NCBI GenBank assembly: GCA_027067975.1
Contig: JAMOUS010000124.1
Coordinates: 1-44,867 of the forward strand
Source: Bacteroidales bacterium
GTDB lineage: Bacteria > Bacteroidota > Bacteroidia > Bacteroidales > VadinHA17
Direction: 5' to 3'
Length of the DNA stretch: 44,867 nt
Every line of letters starts with the position of its first letter. The stretch's first letter is position 1. The position numbers and the translations under genes are program-made. The notes beneath the pieces were generated by a model. It was not told the origin of the DNA and did no database searches. It saw only the letters and a program-made list of their open reading frames with translations. Below are positions 37,939 to 44,867 of the stretch, in pieces.

Positions 37939-37988
37939 CTGTGGAAAGATTTGGCTGATTGCAACCACGGAAAAAAATGCTAAAACAG
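37939..37988 (+). ncRNA. SAM-II class riboswitch upstream of metK
   Basis: CTGTGG...CCACGG P1, GATTTGGC, TTGCAA, an A-rich linker, and GCTAAA pairing with TTTGGC (H-type pseudoknot). Located in the metK leader. Confidence 0.82.
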
Positions 37989-38052
37989 TGTTCCCCACCT
38001 GCAACCCGGCCTTCCTTTCCCGGTGTTGTCAAACCTTAAAAAAATAACGATC

Positions 38053-39396
38053 ATGCCTTATCTCTTTACATCCGAATCCGTCTCGGAAGGTCATCCCGAC
38101 AAGGTGGCCGACCAGATCTCCGATGCTTTGTTGGATGAGTTCCTGCGCCAGGATCCCGAATCGAAGGTCGCCTGTGAGACCATGGTGACCACCGGCCTGG
38201 TGTTCGTGGGCGGCGAGGTGAAGACCGAAGCCTGGGTGAACATCCAGAACGTCGTGCGCGAGGTGATTCGCGACATCGGCTACACTAAGGCGGAATACCG
38301 TTTCGATGCCGACTCGTGCGGCATCATTTCGGCCATCCACGAACAGAGCCCCGACATCAACCAGGGGGTTGAAAAAGAGAACGAAGAGGAACAGGGCGCC
38401 GGCGACCAGGGGATGATGTTCGGCTATGCCAACCGCGACATGGACAACTACATGCCCATGGCCGTCGAGGTGGCCCACCTGCTGCTGCGTGAGCTGGCCG
38501 CCATCCGCAAGGAGGGCAAGGTGATGACCTACCTGCGCCCCGACTCCAAGTCGCAGGTGACCATCGAATACGATGACGACGGCACCCCCATTCGTATCGA
38601 CACCCTTCTGATCTCTACACAGCATGATGAGTTCGTCATCCCCAAGGACGGCTCGCCCGAGGCGGCGGAGATCGCCCAGAAGGCGATGCAGGACAAGATC
38701 CGCGAAGATATCGAGGAATATCTCATCCCGCGTGTGCGGAAGAAGTGCCCCGAACGCATCCGCCATCTTTTTGAGAACGGCTACAAGCTGATCGTCAACC
38801 CTACGGGCAAGTTCGTCATCGGCGGTCCGCACGGCGACACGGGCCTGACGGGCCGCAAGATCATCGTCGACACTTACGGCGGCAAGGGCGCTCACGGCGG
38901 CGGAGCCTTCTCGGGCAAAGACTCCTCGAAGGTCGACCGTTCGGCGGCCTACGCCGCCCGCCATATCGCCAAGAACATGGTGGCTGCCGGCATTGCCGAT
39001 GAGGTGCTCGTCCAACTGGCCTACGCCATCGGCATTGCCGAACCGGTAGGTGTCTTCGTCAATACGTACGGGACAGCCAAAGTGAAGGACACCGACGGCA
39101 ACATCCTCAGCGACGGTGCCATCGCACAGAAGATCAAAGAGATCTTCGACCTGCGCCCCTACGCCATCGTGAAACGCTTCGGACTGAAAAACCCGGTGTT
39201 CCGCGTCACCTCCACCTACGGCCATTTCGGCCGCGAACCTTACACCGACGAGGTGGAGGTGGCCTACAATACCCACCAGGACATCATCACCCGCGTGGTC
39301 GACGGCAAGGAACGCCACTTTAAAAAAGTGGAATTCTTCGCCTGGGAAAAACTCGATTATGTAGACACCCTGAAAGAGGCTTTCGGTCTGCGGTGA
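38053..39396 (+). CDS. metK: S-adenosylmethionine synthetase
   Basis: [33 protein letters not shown] and GGGAFSGKD. Confidence 0.98.
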   Translation: MPYLFTSESVSEGHPDKVADQISDALLDEFLRQDPESKVACETMVTTGLVFVGGEVKTEAWVNIQNVVREVIRDIGYTKAEYRFDADSCGIISAIHEQSPDINQGVEKENEEEQGAGDQGMMFGYANRDMDNYMPMAVEVAHLLLRELAAIRKEGKVMTYLRPDSKSQVTIEYDDDGTPIRIDTLLISTQHDEFVIPKDGSPEAAEIAQKAMQDKIREDIEEYLIPRVRKKCPERIRHLFENGYKLIVNPTGKFVIGGPHGDTGLTGRKIIVDTYGGKGAHGGGAFSGKDSSKVDRSAAYAARHIAKNMVAAGIADEVLVQLAYAIGIAEPVGVFVNTYGTAKVKDTDGNILSDGAIAQKIKEIFDLRPYAIVKRFGLKNPVFRVTSTYGHFGREPYTDEVEVAYNTHQDIITRVVDGKERHFKKVEFFAWEKLDYVDTLKEAFGLR

Positions 39397-39402
39397 TCCG
39401 AT

Positions 39403-40614
39403 ATGCCGGGAAGATTTCAAATCCGGGAGGTGAAGGACACGGCGGAGGAGAAGGCATTCCTCCGGGTGCCCCTGCATATCTACCGTGACGATCCCCACTG
39501 GATCCGACCGCTTGACCAGGACATCCGGGATGTTTTCGACCCCCGCCGCAACAAGATGTTCCGCCAGGGCGAGGCGGTGCGCTGGTTGTTGCATGACGGC
39601 CACGGCCAGGCCGTAGGGCGCGTGGCTGCATTCATCAACCGCCCTGCAGCACGGAAATATGCTTATCCCGTGGGAGGGATGGGCTTCTTCGAATGCATCC
39701 GCGACCGGGAGGCGGCCTTCACCCTCTTCGATGCCTGCCGTCACTGGCTCGAAGAACGGAGGATGAAGGCCATGGACGGCCCTATCAACTTCGGCGAACG
39801 CGACCGTTTCTGGGGCCTCCTCGTGGAAGGATTCACCGAGCCCGGCTACGGAGTCAACTACAACCCGCCCTATTACAAAGAGCTCTTCGAGGCTTACGGG
39901 TTCCGCGAATATTTCGGCCAGCTCATCTACCACCGCACCGTCGAGAAGGGGGCCCTGCAGCCGGCCATGCTTGAGCGCGCACAGCGACTGCTGAAAAACC
40001 CGGACTATTCGTTCAGCTATCTTCCCCGCCAAAAGATGGACCAGCTGCCCGCCATGGTGCGTGCCATCTTCAACAAAGCCTGGGCCCACTTTCCCGGCGT
40101 TCCTCGGATGAGCGAAGGCCAGGCACGCCACCTCTTTAAGACCCTCCGCCCCATCCTCGACGAAAAACTGCTGTGGTTCGGTTATTACAAGGACGAGCCT
40201 ATCTCCTTCTTTCTGATGATCCCCGAGATCAACCAGATCCTCAAACATATGAACGGCCGTATCCATCTGCTCAACAAGCTCCGTTTCCTCTGGTATAAGG
40301 ATGTGCAAAAGGTGATCACCAAAGCGGTGGGCCTCCTTTTCGGGGTGGTGCCCGAACATCGCGGCAAAGGGGTGGAAGCCGCCATGATCTACGAATTCTC
40401 GAAGATCGCCTATTCCGAGAACTTCCAATACAAGGAGTTGGAGATGAACTGGATCGCCGACTACAACCCGCCGATGAACAAGGTGCTGCGCCAGATCGGC
40501 GCTACCGTCACCAAACGGCTTGCCACCTACCGCTACCTCTTCGACCCGGCGATCCCCTTCGAAAGGGCAGCCCTGGTCAACACCGGCAAAAGAAAAAAAG
40601 AAGATGGAAAATAA
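39403..40614 (+). CDS. GNAT-fold hypothetical protein (YghO-like)
   Basis: GRVAAF, GFFECI, GLLVEGF, YNPPYY, and an acetyl-CoA-binding-like VVPEHRGKGV. Confidence 0.75.
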   Translation: MPGRFQIREVKDTAEEKAFLRVPLHIYRDDPHWIRPLDQDIRDVFDPRRNKMFRQGEAVRWLLHDGHGQAVGRVAAFINRPAARKYAYPVGGMGFFECIRDREAAFTLFDACRHWLEERRMKAMDGPINFGERDRFWGLLVEGFTEPGYGVNYNPPYYKELFEAYGFREYFGQLIYHRTVEKGALQPAMLERAQRLLKNPDYSFSYLPRQKMDQLPAMVRAIFNKAWAHFPGVPRMSEGQARHLFKTLRPILDEKLLWFGYYKDEPISFFLMIPEINQILKHMNGRIHLLNKLRFLWYKDVQKVITKAVGLLFGVVPEHRGKGVEAAMIYEFSKIAYSENFQYKELEMNWIADYNPPMNKVLRQIGATVTKRLATYRYLFDPAIPFERAALVNTGKRKKEDGK

Positions 40615-41263
40615 ACCTCCCCTGCGGGCGGTCGTCTGGGACTGGAACGGCACGCTGCTCGACGATGTACATGTCAGCCTGCTGAGCGTCAACCAGGAAC
40701 TGGAGGCCCGCGGCCTGCCTCCCATCAGCCGGGAATATTACCGGCAACATTTCGACTTTCCGGTCAAGGACTTCTACAAAAAACTGGGAATCAACTTCAG
40801 CCGCGACAACTTCGACGCCATGTCGGAACGTTTCCTGCAGACCTATTTCCGCAACCTCGGCAACGCTTCCCTCCATGAGGGAGCCGTGGAAACCCTCAAG
40901 ATGCTGCAACAGCACGGCATCCCCCAATATGTGCTGTCGGCCATGGAACAGAAACGGCTGGAAAAGATGCTGGAGGATTATGGCATCTCGGGTTTTTTCA
41001 AAAGCATTGCCGGATCAAAGGATATCTATGCCGACGGAAAACTGGCAGCCGGGAAAGAGCTGATCCAGAAAGAGGCCATCGATCCGGCCTCTGCCTGGAT
41101 GGTGGGCGACACCACCCACGATCTGGAGGTGGCCCGGGAATTGGGGCTGCAATGCGCCCTTCTCGCCTGCGGCCACCAAACCCGCAAACGCCTCATAAAA
41201 GTCCATCCCCTCGTCTTCGACCATTTTTCCGAACTGAAAAACTTCTTCCTTTCCCTGCTCTGA
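40604..41263 (+). CDS. HAD family hydrolase (phosphoglycolate phosphatase-like)
   Basis: Motif I variant WDWNGTLLDD, VLSA, K and MVGDTTHD. Overlaps the upstream stop. Confidence 0.9.
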   Translation: MENKPPLRAVVWDWNGTLLDDVHVSLLSVNQELEARGLPPISREYYRQHFDFPVKDFYKKLGINFSRDNFDAMSERFLQTYFRNLGNASLHEGAVETLKMLQQHGIPQYVLSAMEQKRLEKMLEDYGISGFFKSIAGSKDIYADGKLAAGKELIQKEAIDPASAWMVGDTTHDLEVARELGLQCALLACGHQTRKRLIKVHPLVFDHFSELKNFFLSLL

Positions 41264-41316
41264 ACCGGCCCCCGACCCTTCCTTTTCCCATCAACCGAAC
41301 CATGTCGATTTTGAAG

Positions 41317-41375
41317 TAAACGTAGGAAACTATTTATATTTTTTTTGTTTCCTAAGTTTATTGTTGGTAACTTTG
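41317..41375 (+). promoter_or_regulatory. Sigma-A promoter with overlapping inverted repeat (candidate TetR operator)
   Basis: TTTG at 41344-41347, 20-nt spacer, TAACTTTG at 41368-41375. Inverted repeat TAAACGTAGGAAAC-N16-GTTTCCTAAGTTTA (13/14 match). Confidence 0.72.
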
Positions 41376-41394
41376 CACCTGAAATTCTACCAAC

Positions 41395-42036
41395 ATGGAG
41401 CAGAACCTGAAAAAAAGGATCGTGGAGAAAGCCGCCGAGCTCTACAACAAAGTGGGCATACGGAACATCACCATGGACGATGTATGCCACGAGCTGGGGA
41501 TCTCCAAGAAAACACTCTATCAGTACATCACCGACAAGAAAGAACTGGTCAGGGAAGTATGTGAAATGGAGATGCAGCGCCGGCGGGAAGCTTTCGAAGC
41601 GATCCGCCGCAGCGGCCTCAATGCCATCGAAGAGATCTTTGAGGTGAACAAACTGGTGCTCAGACTTATCAAAAGCTACAATCCCACCAAGTTCTTCGAC
41701 CTGAAAAAGCACTATCCCGACATCTACCAGAAGATCCGGAAAGGGCAACGGGAAAACATGTTCCGTTCGATGGTTGCCAACATCCGGAAAGGGAAGGAGG
41801 AAGGACTTTTCCGGAAAGATGTGGACGAGGAGGTGATCGCCAAGCTCTACATGAGCCATACGGAATATCCGCTTGAGAGCGACCTGCTCACTCCGGAGGA
41901 GTTCACCTCTCCCCGTTTCATCATCCAGGCGTTCCTTTACCATGTTCACGGCATCGCGAACGAGAAAGGGAAGGAACTGATCGACAAATATTCCCGACAA
42001 ATGCGGCAAAATGACGACCATTATGAGCTGGCATAA
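41395..42036 (+). CDS. TetR/AcrR family regulator of efflux operon
   Basis: GIRNITMDDVCHELGISKKTLYQY HTH, heading tolC-MFP-RND. Confidence 0.93.
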   Translation: MEQNLKKRIVEKAAELYNKVGIRNITMDDVCHELGISKKTLYQYITDKKELVREVCEMEMQRRREAFEAIRRSGLNAIEEIFEVNKLVLRLIKSYNPTKFFDLKKHYPDIYQKIRKGQRENMFRSMVANIRKGKEEGLFRKDVDEEVIAKLYMSHTEYPLESDLLTPEEFTSPRFIIQAFLYHVHGIANEKGKELIDKYSRQMRQNDDHYELA

Positions 42037-43378
42037 AAGAAAGATCCTGTGGGGATCGTGGCTTCTGTTGTCGTTCACCTGCCTGCCGGTGCAGGCCCAA
42101 CAGGATACGGTGTACAGTTTCTCCCTGAAGGAAGCCCAGGACCATGCCGTGCAATACAACCTGACGGTGAAGACCAGCCGAAAGGACCTGGAGCATGCCA
42201 ACCAACAGATCAAGCAGTTCCTGGCCACGGGGCTCCCCCAGGTGAATTCCAACCTCAACTACCAGGACAATCTGGTGCTCCGTACCACCCTGATGCCCGA
42301 CTTCATCCACGGCAATCCCGACAACAAGATCCCGGTCCAGTTCGGCAGTCAGCATACGGCCGATTTTGGCGTCGGCGTGAGCCAAATGGTCTTCAACGGC
42401 CCCTTCATCGTCGGCCTCGAAGCCACCAAGATCCTGCGCAAGCTCAACGAACAAAACGTGGTCAAGACCGAGACCGATATCCGTGAGACGGTGGCCCGGA
42501 CCTACTACCTCGTGCTCCTCGGCCGCAAAACAGCCGGCGTGATCGAGGAGAACCTCCGCAACATGAAGAAGACCCTGGAAGATACCCGCAAAATGTACGA
42601 AGCAGGCTTCACTGATGACATCGCTGTCGATCAGTTGCAGGTGTCGGTCACCTCGCTCGAGAACGCCGTAAAATCCGCCTGGCGGCAGGTGGCTGCCTCA
42701 GAGCGCCTGCTGAAGTTCCAGATGGGTCTCGACCTCGACACCCCCATCCGCCTTACCGATTCGCTCGACAACCTGATCGCAGCGATCGATGTGCCCTCGA
42801 TCATGGTAAAACCCTTCCGTCTCGACAGCCAGATCGAATACCAGGTGGCTTCCACGCGCGAGGAGCTGGCCGCCATCAACCTCAAGAAGGAGAAGTTCAT
42901 GTACATGCCTACCATCAACGCCAACTACATGAACCAGTGGTCGGCCATGCGCAACACCTTCTCTTTCTTCGATCCCAATGAAAAATGGTACCACTCCTCG
43001 TTCCTGGGCATCAGCGTGGCCATCCCGATCTTCAGCAGCGGCATGCGCAAGGCCAATGTAGGTATGCGGCGCATTGAGCTCGAGAAGGCCTCGATCAACA
43101 AGGAGTTGCTCTCTGAAAACCTGCAGCTGCAATACCAGCAGGCACGCGATGCGCTCATCACCGCCTGGGAGAACTTCCAAGCCCAGCAGAAGAACGTCGA
43201 ACTGGCCCGCAAGGTGGTGGACAAGACACGGGTGAAGGTGTCGCTGGGCACCGCCTCCAGCCTCGATCTCACCCAGGTGAACAACCAGTATCTCGATACC
43301 CAGACCCGCTATTTCACCGCCATGATCGAACTGCTTAAAGCCAAGATCCACCTCGACCGTATGCTCAACCAACTGTAA
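42011..43378 (+). CDS. TolC family outer membrane efflux protein
   Basis: Signal peptide, two OEP repeats (LPQVN, MPTIN, IPIFSSG, GTASSLDL). The start could be 42023. Confidence 0.9.
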   Translation: MTTIMSWHKRKILWGSWLLLSFTCLPVQAQQDTVYSFSLKEAQDHAVQYNLTVKTSRKDLEHANQQIKQFLATGLPQVNSNLNYQDNLVLRTTLMPDFIHGNPDNKIPVQFGSQHTADFGVGVSQMVFNGPFIVGLEATKILRKLNEQNVVKTETDIRETVARTYYLVLLGRKTAGVIEENLRNMKKTLEDTRKMYEAGFTDDIAVDQLQVSVTSLENAVKSAWRQVAASERLLKFQMGLDLDTPIRLTDSLDNLIAAIDVPSIMVKPFRLDSQIEYQVASTREELAAINLKKEKFMYMPTINANYMNQWSAMRNTFSFFDPNEKWYHSSFLGISVAIPIFSSGMRKANVGMRRIELEKASINKELLSENLQLQYQQARDALITAWENFQAQQKNVELARKVVDKTRVKVSLGTASSLDLTQVNNQYLDTQTRYFTAMIELLKAKIHLDRMLNQL

Positions 43379-43384
43379 ACCCTC

Positions 43385-44533
43385 ATGCACATGAAAAGGA
43401 TATTGCGCAAAACTTCCGTATTCTTTCTCGCACTCGTCCTGTTGGGAGCCTGCCAGCGGGGCAACGACATCGAAAAGAAGAAAAAGCAACTGGCCCGCTA
43501 CAAGACCCAGCTCGTAGAGCTTACCCTCAAGATCAAACAACTGGAAAAAGAGTTGGCCGCCGACACCCTTCATGCCGGTCCCTCGCTCATCCCGGTCAGG
43601 ACCCTCACCCTCCAACCCATCCCCTTTTCCCACGATGTGGAAGTGTCCGGCACGGTGATCCCCGAAAAAGAAGCTTTCGTCAGCTCCGAGATCAACGGCC
43701 AGATCAAAAAGATCTATGTCATCGAAGGCCAGCATGTCAAAGAGGGACAACTCCTGCTGAAGCTCAACACCGAAGTGACCGAAAGCTCGATCGCCGAGGC
43801 CAAAGCCCAGCTGGCCCTGGCCGAAAAGCTCTATGAAAAACAGAAAGAGCTGTGGGACCAGCACATCGGCAGCGAGGTGCAATATCTGCAGGCCAAGACC
43901 AACCTGGAGGCTGCCCGCGAACGGCTCCGTTCGCTCGAGGCCCGTCTCGACATGGCTTATATCAAAGCCCCCTTCGACGGGATCATCGACGAGATCCACG
44001 CCAAGGAGGGAGAACTGGCCGCCCCCGGCCGCCAGTTGGTGCAACTGCTCAACCTCGACCGCATGAAGATCTATGCCGACGTCTCCGAAACCTACCTCCA
44101 AAAGGTCCATAAGGGCGATAAGGTGGAGGTGCTCTTCCCCGACCTGGACAGCGAACCCTACCGTCTCTCCGTCTTTCGCAAGGAAAACGCCATTAACCCC
44201 AAAAGCCGCACCTTCAAGATCGAGATCAAACTGAACAACCCAGGCTGGTATATCAAACCCAACCTCTTCACGCTGGTACGCTTCCGCGATTACCACAACC
44301 CCCGGGCCCTGGTGGTGCCCTCGGAGATCATCAAGAAGGATATCCACGGTTATTTCCTTTACGTGGTCCGTCAGCAAGGCAAGGAGACCGTGGCACGCAA
44401 AGTGTACATCACCCCCGGTGTCTTTTTCAAGGACCATACCCAGGTGCGCGAAGGCCTCGCCGCCGGCGACCGGGTGATCGTCGAAGGCTACGACCAGGTG
44501 ACCAACGGCGAAAAGATCCAGGTGACCGAATAA
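43385..44533 (+). CDS. RND efflux periplasmic adaptor subunit (lipoprotein)
   Basis: Lipobox LGAC, lipoyl halves (EGQHVKEGQLL; IKAPFDGII), alpha-hairpin and GLAAGDRVIVEG. Confidence 0.92.
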   Translation: MHMKRILRKTSVFFLALVLLGACQRGNDIEKKKKQLARYKTQLVELTLKIKQLEKELAADTLHAGPSLIPVRTLTLQPIPFSHDVEVSGTVIPEKEAFVSSEINGQIKKIYVIEGQHVKEGQLLLKLNTEVTESSIAEAKAQLALAEKLYEKQKELWDQHIGSEVQYLQAKTNLEAARERLRSLEARLDMAYIKAPFDGIIDEIHAKEGELAAPGRQLVQLLNLDRMKIYADVSETYLQKVHKGDKVEVLFPDLDSEPYRLSVFRKENAINPKSRTFKIEIKLNNPGWYIKPNLFTLVRFRDYHNPRALVVPSEIIKKDIHGYFLYVVRQQGKETVARKVYITPGVFFKDHTQVREGLAAGDRVIVEGYDQVTNGEKIQVTE

Positions 44534-44549
44534 GCTACGACCAAACCGC

Positions 44550-44867
44550 ATGACCATGGAAAACGAACCGATGAAGGACAAAGTGATCCGGAACTTCGGG
44601 TTGACCACCCTCTCGCTGAAGAACAGGAACACGGTCTTCCTGATGACGATCGTACTGGTCATCTTCGGCCTGGTCTCTTATATCCGCCTCCCCAAAGAGC
44701 TGTTCCCCGACGTGGTGGTGCCGACAGTCCTGGTGCAGACAGTCTATCCGGGCAACTCCCCCGCCGACATAGAGAACCTGATCACCCGGCCGCTCGAAAA
44801 AGAGATCGACGGGATCCGCGGCATCAAAAAGCTTACTTCCCAGTCGTTCCAGGACCTATCGTTCATC
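44550..44867 (+). CDS. RND efflux permease (AcrB/AcrD/AcrF family), N-terminal part, runs off window
   Basis: Manual translation MTMENEPMKDKVIRNFGLTTLSLKNRNTVFL...LPKELFPDV...YPGNSPADIENLITRPLEKEI. Confidence 0.88.
   Translation, partial: MTMENEPMKDKVIRNFGLTTLSLKNRNTVFLMTIVLVIFGLVSYIRLPKELFPDVVVPTVLVQTVYPGNSPADIENLITRPLEKEIDGIRGIKKLTSQSFQDLSFI

Noticed and set aside
38029-40725. 898-aa minus-strand ORF antisense to metK and the GNAT-like gene (likewise 17401-19128, 25086-27017, 33882-35378, 42698-44662, 5515-6747)
   Set aside because: These mirror well-supported genes and have the composition typical of antisense frames, with no family motifs.

Overview
GC-rich chromosomal window from a Bacteroidota organism, probably Bacteroidales-like. 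The assignment rests on repeated TAnnTTTG (-7) / TTTG (-33) promoter elements, A-rich Shine-Dalgarno-less starts, a gldA-like gene and a SAM-II riboswitch before metK. It holds about 37 genuine CDS. These are an M16 peptidase end, rlpA, a sugar/amino-sugar cluster (Tat-GH125, MFS, two ROK kinases, CBM9-like protein, PPi-type PFK, PIG-L deacetylase, stand-alone GlmS-like SIS protein), acyl-CoA ligase-ispD-lactonase, cysS, rnr-tetR-DUF2147, a patatin, a SAM-I-controlled metY-metX-metH-metF cluster, a GT4, a Tat metallophosphoesterase, pspC-padR-pspC, putP coupled to a TPR-CHAT protease, gldA, metK, a GNAT-like protein, a HAD hydrolase and a TetR-TolC-MFP-RND efflux operon. I see no transposase, integrase, tRNA, rRNA or CRISPR. 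Most notable signals: a NagA/NagB-independent amino-sugar pathway candidate; two candidate small RNAs with alternative-sigma promoters (sigma54-like at about 13625, ECF-like at about 36860); a Cys/Met-containing uORF behind the SAM-I riboswitch; a perfect 34-bp nested palindrome in an AT-rich gap; and mosaics of 7/8/9-bp tandem repeats and REP-like hairpins flanking cysS. All calls were made by eye from motifs, and no database searches were run.
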